From an uncultured Elusimicrobia bacterium (GTDB lineage Bacteria > Elusimicrobiota > Elusimicrobia > Elusimicrobiales > UBA9959), in contig CAIPTO010000106.1 of NCBI GenBank assembly GCA_903867985.1, positions 30,373 to 94,372 on the forward strand: 64,000 bases of DNA. The letters run 5' to 3'. The notes below the pieces were generated by a model. It had not been told where the DNA came from. It did not search any database and was given only the letters and a program-made list of their open reading frames with translations. Of the stretch, positions 44,344 to 53,092 are shown one piece after another. A program made the position numbers and the translations under genes. Position 1 is the stretch's first letter. Each line of letters starts with the position of its first letter.

Positions 44344-45873
44344 TTAACCCTGTCCGAGCAGTATATTTTTTCCCTTAATATTCGCTTTATCCAGAATCTG
44401 CTTAGCCGCCGCCAGAACTTTATCGGGGGTGATCATGCGCATGCAGAGAAAATGACCGCGCGGACATTTCTTTGAGCCGTGGAGGGCGCAGGGCCGGCAG
44501 GAGAGTTCTTCTTCCAACACCAGATTATTATTACCATAGGGGAAAAAGCCAAGCTCCCGTGTGGTCGGACCGAAAATAGCCGCCACCGGTACTCCGAAAG
44601 CGACCGCGATGTGCATGGGTCCTGAGTCGTTGGTTATAAACAGCTTAAGGCTCTCTATCAGCGCCATCAGGTCATCCATCCCTGTTTTGCCGGTGAGATT
44701 AAGCACCGAGCCGGGCGCGGCTTTTTCAATTTCAGCATTCCACGCCACCTCGTTCTTGCCGCCTACCAGCAGCACTTTTGTATCGTATGCCCGCGCCAGC
44801 TCAGTTATTAGACGGGCCCAATACTCGCGGGGCCAGCGCTTTGTCGGCCACACCGAACCGGGGTTGGCCCCGATAAATATGGTTTCGTTCACTCCCAGGT
44901 CCTTCAATGCGCCGATTTTCCCGCGGAGCGCGGGGAAGGAGGGATCTGTATCTCCCGAAAGCGGAAGTATCAGGGTCAGATTGCGTTCAATGTCATGTAT
45001 AAGCCAGGAAAACGGGACTTTATGGGTGAACAGGAAGCTTCCAGCGCTTGAATCGAAGCCTATGCGGATCGGAATGCCGGCAAGGCGTGCCATCAGGGCG
45101 CTGCGCAGAGATCTGTGAGGAACTATCACAATATCGAAACGGCGCTGCTTCAACTCTTTTAGAAGACGAAAAAATTCTCCAAAAAATGAATGAGAGGTTT
45201 TTTTATTGTCAGTAATAACCTCTGAGGCCAGCCCTGACGAGGCGAAGATTTGCGCCGTTTCAGGCCGGGTGAGCACCGTTACATCCGTGTCCGGCAGAAC
45301 TTTTTTTATCTTCTCCAGCAGTGGCAGAGTGAGGACGGCGTCTCCAAGAAAGGCGGTTTGAAGCAGGGCCAGGCGCTTGGGCCCCTTCTTAAGCGCGGCG
45401 GTGCTATTTTGAAGGATCCAGTCGCCGACCAGGGGTTCCCGGTAAACAACCGGCACATCTATGGCCTCAAGCGATTCGAGATACCTTTCCAGCGTGTGTT
45501 TCTCCAGGGCCGGGCTGGGTATGCGGAAATTTACGAAAAGCCGGCGGGCCAGAGAATCCTTACGATATCGCGCCTTACGTTTAATGCCGGAAAAAACTGA
45601 AAGCAGGCGGCTGCGCAGGTTGGCGTGCAGGTCGATGAGGATATCGTAACGCCCCTTCTTTATCGCCCTGAGCGCGGACGCGAAATCGGTGAACGCCAGG
45701 ATATCCGAGATGAATGGATTTTTAGCAGCGGCCTCGGCAAATTGGGGCTTTACCAGCATGGTGATGCGCGCGCCGGGCCAGCGGCGCCTGAGATTACGCA
45801 GAACCGGTGCCGTCAGTATTATGTCGCCAAGCGACGACATCCTGATTACAAGTATACGCGGCGCTATTTCCAT
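44344..45873 (-). CDS. GT9 heptosyltransferase-like protein with a duplicated N-terminal half-domain
   Basis: RILVIRMSSLGDIILTAPVLRNLRRRWP (aa ~6) and RLALLQTAFLGDAVLTLPLLEKIKKVLP (aa ~180) each start a GT9 N-domain. There is a single C-domain (ITNDSGPMHIAVAFGVPVAAIFG). ATG at 45873 is preferred to CTG at 45924. Confidence 0.75.
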   Translation of the reverse strand: MEIAPRILVIRMSSLGDIILTAPVLRNLRRRWPGARITMLVKPQFAEAAAKNPFISDILAFTDFASALRAIKKGRYDILIDLHANLRSRLLSVFSGIKRKARYRKDSLARRLFVNFRIPSPALEKHTLERYLESLEAIDVPVVYREPLVGDWILQNSTAALKKGPKRLALLQTAFLGDAVLTLPLLEKIKKVLPDTDVTVLTRPETAQIFASSGLASEVITDNKKTSHSFFGEFFRLLKELKQRRFDIVIVPHRSLRSALMARLAGIPIRIGFDSSAGSFLFTHKVPFSWLIHDIERNLTLILPLSGDTDPSFPALRGKIGALKDLGVNETIFIGANPGSVWPTKRWPREYWARLITELARAYDTKVLLVGGKNEVAWNAEIEKAAPGSVLNLTGKTGMDDLMALIESLKLFITNDSGPMHIAVAFGVPVAAIFGPTTRELGFFPYGNNNLVLEEELSCRPCALHGSKKCPRGHFLCMRMITPDKVLAAAKQILDKANIKGKNILLGQG

Positions 45874-46141
45874 ATTTAATCCAAAAATTATATCATTTAA
45901 GACAGTGCTGTAGCACGGCAGCAAACAGCGCCGCCGCGGAAAGCTGTGACGCGCCTTTGCCGCGAATGCTCTTTCAGGTTTCCAAGGGTTTCTGGCTGGT
46001 GAATATTGTTGATTTCCGCTCCGGAGTAGCCCACTTCGGCATAAAGGAAAGCCATCACCTTATCTGGTCACGCTTCTGGGCGGCCGCCTTATTTTGCGTC
46101 TTGTCGCAGGCATCCGCAACAAAGATTTAATTTAAATTCTA

Positions 46142-46169
46142 TTGACAATTAACGACCAGTCTATATAAT
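46142..46169 (+). promoter_or_regulatory. Near-consensus sigma70-type promoter placed for a leaderless transcript
   Basis: TTGACA (46142-46147), a 16-nt spacer and TATAAT (46164-46169). The ATG of the next gene is at 46175, 6 nt after the -10 element. Confidence 0.5.
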
Positions 46170-46174
46170 ATAGT

Positions 46175-46711
46175 ATGGCCAAGTGGAAAAGATCAGCCGT
46201 TTGCGGGTTAGTCTGCCTTGTGGCTATAGTCTCATACAGAGTAGCCGGAGCCATCCTCACATCCCCCATCTACCGCATCCTTGTGAACGAACAGACCACT
46301 ATCGGCAATACCGCGGCTAAAACGGGGGGGGCTTATTCTCTTCTCGGCAGCACAGGGCAACTTGGCTACGGAGCCATAGGGAGCTCACGCTACTCGGTCA
46401 CCTGGGGCTCTGTAAATTCCGCTCCGTCGCCCCGCGATAACGTGAACGCCTCCCATGTTTATCCCAATCCCTGCAACCTGCGGGAAGGCTGTGTCGCAGT
46501 GACTTTTACCCGCCTTACGTTCAAAGCGACGATACGCATTTACACTATTTCGGGTGAGCTGGTGCGCACAATAGAAAAGAACAGCAACTTCGACAATGTG
46601 CTTTGGGATCTGAAAAATGGCAGCGGGCGTCAGGTGGCCAGCGGTTTATATATCTATTTCAACCAAGGCGGCGGCACCTCCAAAAAAGGGAAACTGGTCA
46701 TAGTCAGATAG
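46175..46711 (+). CDS. Small secreted protein with C-terminal beta-sandwich resembling a T9SS type-A sorting / FlgD-Ig-like domain
   Basis: The signal/anchor is MAKWKRSAVCGLVCLVAIVS. The C-terminus is VYPNPCNL...IRIYTISGELVRTIEKN...WDLKNGSGRQVASGLYIY. Confidence 0.45.
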   Translation: MAKWKRSAVCGLVCLVAIVSYRVAGAILTSPIYRILVNEQTTIGNTAAKTGGAYSLLGSTGQLGYGAIGSSRYSVTWGSVNSAPSPRDNVNASHVYPNPCNLREGCVAVTFTRLTFKATIRIYTISGELVRTIEKNSNFDNVLWDLKNGSGRQVASGLYIYFNQGGGTSKKGKLVIVR

Positions 46712-46772
46712 TTTTATTGAACTTAGCAACCCATAGCCTTGCAGTTATGAATCCGATTACGGGAGAAAGTAT

Positions 46773-49700
46773 ATGAGAATGTTCAGGAACACGATCGTGA
46801 CGCTCGGACTGTTGGGCGTTTTTAATTTTTGCGCAATGGCGGGAGAAATAAAACCCGGCTCAGTGCCCGGCTCCCTCAATTACCAGGGCCGCCTTGAAAG
46901 GGATAACGCGCCCGTCAGCGGGCCGGTTTATCTGACTTTCAGGATCTATAATGTTGCGACCGGTGGCGATCCGGCCGCGTGCGGAAATTCGGGAGCGCCC
47001 TGCCGATGGGCCAGCGCCGAAGCCGTGGTCAACGCCGTGCAGGGCATTTTTAACGCGTCAATAACCCCACCTTGGAGTGTTTTCGCGAACGGCGAGGCGC
47101 TTTATCTTGAGGTGCAGGTTGAAAGCGACGTTCTGTCTCCCAGAGAGCCGCTGAACAGCGTGGCTTACGCCATGGTGGCAAAGAAGCTGGAGGACGGAGC
47201 TTCGATTTCGGTTACCACGCTTACCACCACCGGTAATGTCGGTTTAGGCACCAGCTCTACCGCGAACAGGCTATCCGTAAGCGGGATAATAAAACTTGTC
47301 GGCACTTCCGACGGGATCTGTTTCTCGAATAACACATGCATGTACACAGCGGGAGTCGGCACCGCGGTCGGCGGCGTTACCAGCCCTGTGGAGAGCATTC
47401 TGGAATCCGACACCGCGCTGGCCGGCGGTGAAATGATATTTAAGACTTCAACTGTGGAGAGAATGCGCATAAAGGATGCTTCTAAAAACGGCAGAATAGG
47501 CATAGGCCCGCTTGCTCTGACTGATCCGCTCGGGACCGTGGATATAGACGGGTCGCTCTATGTGGGAAGCCAGGGCATCTATGATAGGACAGGCGGATCG
47601 GTGACCGTAAAGGGGCTTTATGTTCCGGACGGCGGAATAACCGGCGCTAACTCGGAGTATTTATTGCTGGGCAGTGAAAATGACGTGATAGCGCTTGTGA
47701 GCGGCGGCGCCGAGCGGCTACGCGTGCATTCGAACGGAAATGTCGGCATAGGACTTTCAAATCCCTCGGATAATCTTGAGGTGGCGGGCGATATAGCCTC
47801 AAATACCGGCGTCAGGGGCGGAAGAGTTTCGATGGGAGATTATTCGACCTGGACCAACCTTGCGAACGAGGTGCGATCCGAAACCGGATACCATCTTCTT
47901 CTTCAGCAGACCAATAATTATAATGTAGGCATAGGCACCAATGCTCCTACTGAAAAACTCCATGTGCGCGGCAACATTAAGGCTGATTACGGGGTTATCG
48001 CTGCCACCGCCGCCTTCTCGGATTCAGTTCGGGTTGATGACGAGGGGAATTTCACGGCCAACTCCGGCCACGGGAATATGGTCTATCTTTCATCAACCGT
48101 AGTATACGGCACCCTGCTGGTGACCGGTGGCGTGGGCTCGGAAAAGGGCCTCCCCGCTTACCTCACAGACAATAATATCTTAACCGGACAGAACACTTTC
48201 ACGGGTCTGGTAACGGTTTCCACCAGCATGATCGTTTCCAACCGCGTCGGCGTGGGAGTCAGCGATTTCGATTTCCCTGCCTCCAAATATCTTCAGATAG
48301 GAGACGATAAACCGGAGTTCTCAGGTGATGACGCCGCGGCCTACCTGGTGTCCGGGAGCGCGGCTAACTCAAAAGTCTCTTTTTATCGCGGAGCTGTGGA
48401 GGCCGCCCGCATCCAGACCAACAGCGGCAATAACCTAGCGTTGGTGATAAATAATTCCACCAAGTCGGTTGTTGACAGCACCTATTACCGCATATACAAC
48501 AGCGTAGTTCTTATCTCAACCGGCAGTAGTTCCGTAAGCGCGACCACGCCGGCCGTTTATGTGAGCTCCTCGCTGGGCAATATAGGTATGGGCACCTCCA
48601 TCCTGGATCCGAATCATCGCCTTACCGTCGCCGGCAATATACGGATTTCCGGGCCCACCACCAACGGCCTTATTTTCGCGGATGGCACGACTATGTGGAC
48701 CGCCAATGTCGGTTCTGTGGGCTCAGTTTCCAGTAACGATGACGCGGTGGTGCGGGCCGATGCCAATTCCGACGGCATAGGCAATGTCGTGCTGCGCGTC
48801 GGAAGCGTGGACGGACTTCTGCTTAACTCCGGCGGCAATATCGGCATCGGCACATTAACGCCTTTGAGCAGGTTGGATGTCGCCGGCGATCTTAATATCA
48901 GCGCCGGTGGAATTCTGCTGACCGCAGGCACGGAAAGGATCTCAGCCGGCGGGGTTTTAACAAACACGACCTGGCACGGCAATACGGTGGATGTAATTTA
49001 TGGCGGCACCAATTCCGACACGGCCCTCTCGGGAAGCTCAATAATGGTTTCAGACGGGGCAAGTATAGTGCAAGGGAACAAAGGCACAGCAACCACGGTT
49101 TTGCATGGCAACGACGCCGGAATTCCCACTTACGCAGCCGTGGCGCTTGGGGCTGCCGGAGATGTGAGCGGTACTTTGACCGTGGCCAACGGCGGAACGG
49201 GACTCGCCTCGGGTCTTGCCGGCGGTCTCCCCTATTATTCCGCGACCAACGAGATGACTTCCATGTCCGCTGGCAGCATTGGTCAGCCGCTTCTTTCCAA
49301 CAACACCGGTGCCCCATACTGGGGAACCCTGAGCGCATCATATGGCGGAACAGGGCTGACTGCCGGCACTGCCGGCGGTCTTCCATATTTTTCCGCGACT
49401 AACGCTATGGCCTCTACGTCGGCCGGTACCGCCGGTCGGGCTCTTCTTTCAGGCGGCACAGGCGCTCCGACCTGGGGACAGGTTTCGCTCACCGCCGCCG
49501 TAAGCGGCACCCTGCCGATAACAAACGGCGGTACCAATTCCGCAACCGCCCTCTCGGGAAGTTCGATCATGGTTTCAAACGGTACCAATATTTTACAGGG
49601 ATCGGCTGGTACAGTGACCACGGTGCTGCATGGCAACGCGTCAGGCACTCCGTCCTACTCAGCGGTGTCGCTTACGGCGGATGTAAGCGGCATTTTGCCC

Positions 49701-50372
49701 GCAACCAACGGCGGCACCGAGAACGGGTTTGTCAAATTCAGCGGCCCGGCCTCAACGGCTAAAACATTTACTCTGCCGAACCAAACAGCCATCATCCTGA
49801 CTGATATTGCAACAGTGACGGTGGCCCAGGGCGGAACCGGATTGAATGTGGGTGTTGCCGGTGGTTTTCCTTATTATTCCGCGACTAACGCTATGACATC
49901 AATGTCGGCCGGTACTGCCGGCCAGGCGCTTCTTTCCGGCGGCACAGGCGCTCCGACTTGGGGGACCTTAAGCGCTTCATACGGGGGCACTGGACAAACC
50001 AGTTATGCCGTGGGTGATATCCTTTACGCTTCAGGGACCGGAACATTATCAAAATTGGCTGACATTGCAACGGGCAATGCCTTGATTTCCGGCGGCGCTA
50101 ATACCGCGCCTTCATATGGAAAGATAGGCCTGACTACGCATGTAAGCGGTACCCTGCCGATAGGCAGCGGCGGTACCAACAGCACCTCCTTTACTGCCAG
50201 CCAGGTTATACGCATGAATTCCGGCGGCACAGCCCTTGAAAGCCAGGCCGGCGCTTCCGGGACATATAGCGTTGCGCGCACGACCACAACAACCGGAACC
50301 CCATGCAATGATTGGACTTTCGCTAACGGCGTACTTACAGGTGTTTCAGGTGATAAGGCATGCAATCCTTAA
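46773..50372 (+). CDS. Large secreted fibre-like repeat protein (phage tail-fibre-like motifs)
   Basis: It has a signal peptide. The N-terminal domain is LNYQGRLERDNAPVSGPVYLTFRIYN...LSPREPLNSVAYA. About 7 GN(V/I)G(I/L)GT...L.V.G units follow. The C-terminal third is built of nested units with NGGTG/YGGTG/GGTNS motifs. Confidence 0.5.
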   Translation: MRMFRNTIVTLGLLGVFNFCAMAGEIKPGSVPGSLNYQGRLERDNAPVSGPVYLTFRIYNVATGGDPAACGNSGAPCRWASAEAVVNAVQGIFNASITPPWSVFANGEALYLEVQVESDVLSPREPLNSVAYAMVAKKLEDGASISVTTLTTTGNVGLGTSSTANRLSVSGIIKLVGTSDGICFSNNTCMYTAGVGTAVGGVTSPVESILESDTALAGGEMIFKTSTVERMRIKDASKNGRIGIGPLALTDPLGTVDIDGSLYVGSQGIYDRTGGSVTVKGLYVPDGGITGANSEYLLLGSENDVIALVSGGAERLRVHSNGNVGIGLSNPSDNLEVAGDIASNTGVRGGRVSMGDYSTWTNLANEVRSETGYHLLLQQTNNYNVGIGTNAPTEKLHVRGNIKADYGVIAATAAFSDSVRVDDEGNFTANSGHGNMVYLSSTVVYGTLLVTGGVGSEKGLPAYLTDNNILTGQNTFTGLVTVSTSMIVSNRVGVGVSDFDFPASKYLQIGDDKPEFSGDDAAAYLVSGSAANSKVSFYRGAVEAARIQTNSGNNLALVINNSTKSVVDSTYYRIYNSVVLISTGSSSVSATTPAVYVSSSLGNIGMGTSILDPNHRLTVAGNIRISGPTTNGLIFADGTTMWTANVGSVGSVSSNDDAVVRADANSDGIGNVVLRVGSVDGLLLNSGGNIGIGTLTPLSRLDVAGDLNISAGGILLTAGTERISAGGVLTNTTWHGNTVDVIYGGTNSDTALSGSSIMVSDGASIVQGNKGTATTVLHGNDAGIPTYAAVALGAAGDVSGTLTVANGGTGLASGLAGGLPYYSATNEMTSMSAGSIGQPLLSNNTGAPYWGTLSASYGGTGLTAGTAGGLPYFSATNAMASTSAGTAGRALLSGGTGAPTWGQVSLTAAVSGTLPITNGGTNSATALSGSSIMVSNGTNILQGSAGTVTTVLHGNASGTPSYSAVSLTADVSGILPATNGGTENGFVKFSGPASTAKTFTLPNQTAIILTDIATVTVAQGGTGLNVGVAGGFPYYSATNAMTSMSAGTAGQALLSGGTGAPTWGTLSASYGGTGQTSYAVGDILYASGTGTLSKLADIATGNALISGGANTAPSYGKIGLTTHVSGTLPIGSGGTNSTSFTASQVIRMNSGGTALESQAGASGTYSVARTTTTTGTPCNDWTFANGVLTGVSGDKACNP

Positions 50373-50390
50373 ACCTGTGGCATCCTGCTT

Positions 50391-51674
50391 TTAGCGGGAG
50401 GGGAACTGAGAGGTTATTTCTTTCAATGTTAGCGCGGTGGCGCCCTTTAGCGCTTCAAGGGCAGCTTTGGCGGCGATTCCGGCTTCCTTAAGGGCAGCGG
50501 GATCTTTTAGAAGTGAAATTGTTTTATCGGCAAGTTCATCGGCGGTACATACCATGAAGCCGCCGTTCCTATTCATAAGAGCCTGGGCGCCTTCCTGAGT
50601 ATGCTTTATATTCGGGCCGAAAAGCACAGGTTTCGCGAGCGCGGCAGGCTCAAGCACATTGTGCCCGCCCGTATCGTCCAGCGTGCCTCCCACGAACACA
50701 ACATCGGAGTAGGAATAAATATCAGCCAAGCGGCCGAACTCATTAACCAACAGGCAGTCAGGGCCCGGCCGGGCGTGCGCGCGCTGGGACCAAAGCGGGG
50801 CTATCAAGCCTTTGTTCCGGATCCTGGATGCGGTTTCTGAAGCTGTTTCCGGATGCCTGGGGGCTATTATCATCCGGGTATCCGGGAGAGCCTCTTTGAT
50901 CTTAATGAACGCCTCCAATATCACGTTTTCTTCAGCCGGGTGAGTGCTTCCGGCGCAGAATATTTTTTTATCCTTCCAGCCTGCCGCCTCAATAAACTCC
51001 ATAATCGCAGCGCGGCCCTGCGGCTGCAGATCCACCAGATCGTGTTTTATGTTGCCCGTAAGCGTCAGCTTTTCCGCCCCGCCCAGCAGGAGATCGTATC
51101 GTTCCAAGTCGCCGCGGCTCTGCGCGGCTATCTTGCAGATATTGGCGAACATGAGGCGCGAGAGAGGTGAAAACAGCCGGTAAAAGCCCAGGGTGCGCGC
51201 TGAGATACGCGCGTTTATTATCATAACATTGACTCCTGCTTTGCCTGCCGCGTAAAGCAGGTTGGGCCAGAGCTCGGTCTCGGCTATCAGCAGCAACTCC
51301 GGACGCGCCGCGGCTATAAAACGTCTCATAAGGGGATAGAAATCCAACGGAAGCAGGAAAGCGTGAGTCGTCAGCCTGAGGGCTTCCGCCCGTCCTGAGG
51401 AGGTGGAAGTAGTGATCATTATCGGCCTTGACGGGCAGCGCTCACGCATTAAAGGCAGGATCTTGCGGAGCGCCTTAACCTCACCTACCGATGCTGCGTG
51501 AAACCAGAGCGGGCGCTCGGAGAAAGAGGGCACGGTGATGGCGAAGCGTTCTCTAAGCTCCGCCAACAGGTTATTCAGCAGGCTGCGCCGGGGGGAAAAC
51601 AAGAAAAAAACCAGATAGAGCGCCGCGATAAACGGCGCAAGGAGATTGTAAAGAATTAACAATAAAAAGCCCAT
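50391..51674 (-). CDS. waaA: 3-deoxy-D-manno-octulosonic acid (KDO) transferase
   Basis: LWFHAASVGEV, ETELWPNL and GGTLDDTGGHNVLEPA motifs. Confidence 0.9.
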   Translation of the reverse strand: MGFLLLILYNLLAPFIAALYLVFFLFSPRRSLLNNLLAELRERFAITVPSFSERPLWFHAASVGEVKALRKILPLMRERCPSRPIMITTSTSSGRAEALRLTTHAFLLPLDFYPLMRRFIAAARPELLLIAETELWPNLLYAAGKAGVNVMIINARISARTLGFYRLFSPLSRLMFANICKIAAQSRGDLERYDLLLGGAEKLTLTGNIKHDLVDLQPQGRAAIMEFIEAAGWKDKKIFCAGSTHPAEENVILEAFIKIKEALPDTRMIIAPRHPETASETASRIRNKGLIAPLWSQRAHARPGPDCLLVNEFGRLADIYSYSDVVFVGGTLDDTGGHNVLEPAALAKPVLFGPNIKHTQEGAQALMNRNGGFMVCTADELADKTISLLKDPAALKEAGIAAKAALEALKGATALTLKEITSQFPSR

Positions 51675-51699
51675 AGTTCAGGGAGTAATGATCAAGGAT

Positions 51700-51793
51700 T
51701 AAGCACTAAGGATTAAGTGATAAGAATTAATTTTTTTACCTATGTCTTACGACTTACAGCTTACACCTTATAATTTATCCTTATCACTTAATC
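51700..51793 (-). repeat. Heptad inverted-repeat element, TAAG type, filling the DUF374-waaA spacer
   Basis: On the + strand, TAAG lies at 51700, 51707, 51714 and 51721 (TAAT at 51728). CTTA lies at 51746, 51753, 51760, 51767, 51780 and 51787. The 14-nt perfect complement is 51711-51724 / 51780-51793, which overlaps the TGA stop at 51784-51786. Confidence 0.75.
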
Positions 51794-52413
51794 AGTTCCA
51801 GAGCTTCAGCCCCAAGCGAGTTTAAAGCCTGCTCCAGTTCTTCGGCCTTGGCCGGTATGGAATCAGTTTCGGAAACGCTGATAGGGTCGCCATAGACGAT
51901 CGCGGCTTTGCCGAAGGGCAGTGGGAATTCAAAATTATCCCAGGAATTAAAAGTGATCTTGCGCGAGAGTCCTACTCCGGTAGGCAGTATTTTCATGCCG
52001 GTCCTCTGAGCCAGATAGATGACGCCCTGCTGGACTTTTCCCTTAGGCCCCTTTGGGCCATCGGGCGTAATTGCCACCGGGAAACCGGCGGCCGCGCGCT
52101 CTATGAGCTCCATGAGGGATTGGGAGGCGCCTCGGCTGGTGGAACCTCTGACGGTATTGTGCCCGAACTTGCGCAGCACTCTGGCCATGTATTCTCCATC
52201 AGTGCTTTTACTGACCAGCGCTGATATGCCCATGCCGCGGTGAGAATAAAGCATGAAGGCCAGTTGTGAATGCCAAAGGGTGTATATGAAGTCGGCGTTC
52301 TCCGGCCTGTTTTCCCATCTTAACCGCGTGGTAGCGCCTGTGAATAATATATATAGATACGCCAGGAACGGCAGAATGGAATGCAGGGGGCTTGAGTGCG
52401 TAGACTCATTCAT
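51784..52413 (-). CDS. DUF374 / lysophospholipid-acyltransferase-like protein
   Basis: LWHSQL, SKSTDGEYMARV, VRGSTSRG and ITPDGPKGP are present. The ATG at 52413 overlaps the upstream gene by 8 nt. The longer track ORF is rejected. Confidence 0.7.
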   Translation of the reverse strand: MNESTHSSPLHSILPFLAYLYILFTGATTRLRWENRPENADFIYTLWHSQLAFMLYSHRGMGISALVSKSTDGEYMARVLRKFGHNTVRGSTSRGASQSLMELIERAAAGFPVAITPDGPKGPKGKVQQGVIYLAQRTGMKILPTGVGLSRKITFNSWDNFEFPLPFGKAAIVYGDPISVSETDSIPAKAEELEQALNSLGAEALELIK

Positions 52414-53083
52414 CTTGTTTGATTGCCTGCGCCGGCGTTGGCGTAGCCTTGCCGGCTGCAGCGGAACCCACACCCGGCTTCTTCTTTTTCTTGGCCAGCC
52501 AGGGTATGCTGAAGACAAGTGAATATTTTGGGCTGAGTGAACCGCAGTTCAGGCTGACCCCGACATGCCCGGCATTAAGGCGGCTTAGTATCGCCGCAAG
52601 CGTATCCGGATCTGACTGGTAAATCGGTTCATTTTCCGTCTCTGGTTTTGGGCAGGCGTATATATAGCGCGGGTCGCCGAGATCCAGCCCTTCGGCGGAG
52701 ACTTCCTGGGCGATAAGTTCGGACACCACTTTAAGACCTGTTTCCGCGAATACAAGCGCGGCAGTTTCGGCGAGCCTGAAAAGCTCCGGGTCGGTTATGG
52801 CATTCAGCTTCTCTTCGAAGGCCGCCCCGAGCGTTATGATCCCGACAGTTCCGGCCCCGCCGTTCGTGAGCCCGTCCTTTTTAGCCAGGTCGTCCTCCGG
52901 TGTCAGGAGGTCGAACATCGTGGAGGGTTCCAGGGCCGCGGCGATGGAGGCTACGTATTCCTTGGCGCTTTCCTGATCGGCCAGGCCCAGAGCGAACAGG
53001 TCTATCTTGCGCTTTTTAGCCTTGCGCAATATATCGTAGGTGTATATCGGTATCTTGAACTTCTTGATTTTTCTCACGGTCAC
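52406..53083 (-). CDS. Hypothetical protein with basic N-terminus and poly-Lys tail
   Basis: 225-aa ORF lying 9 nt after the secF stop and overlapping the DUF374 start. It contains AKKKKKPG near the C-terminus. I recognise no family. Confidence 0.5.
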   Translation of the reverse strand: MTVRKIKKFKIPIYTYDILRKAKKRKIDLFALGLADQESAKEYVASIAAALEPSTMFDLLTPEDDLAKKDGLTNGGAGTVGIITLGAAFEEKLNAITDPELFRLAETAALVFAETGLKVVSELIAQEVSAEGLDLGDPRYIYACPKPETENEPIYQSDPDTLAAILSRLNAGHVGVSLNCGSLSPKYSLVFSIPWLAKKKKKPGVGSAAAGKATPTPAQAIKQDE

Positions 53084-53092
53084 TCCAAACCG

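Noticed and set aside
45897-46055. 52-codon - strand ORF (MAFLYAEVGYSGAEINNIHQPETLGNLKEHSRQRR...) in the 300-bp gap upstream of the double-GT9 gene
   Set aside because: It is short, has no recognisable family and has only a weak AAGGTG site. It may be a gene remnant or chance ORF, so it is not reported as a feature.
46175-46711. Type IX secretion system cargo, suggested by the C-terminal sorting-like domain
   Set aside because: No T9SS component genes are in the window, and the same fold occurs as a generic FlgD-Ig-like domain. The call is left as a resemblance only.
46773-50372. Prophage or phage-derived island, suggested by tail-fibre-like motifs
   Set aside because: There are no other phage genes, integrase, att-like repeats or tRNA-adjacent insertion at this site. 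The flanks are LPS genes. I kept it only as a possible domesticated fibre or adhesin.
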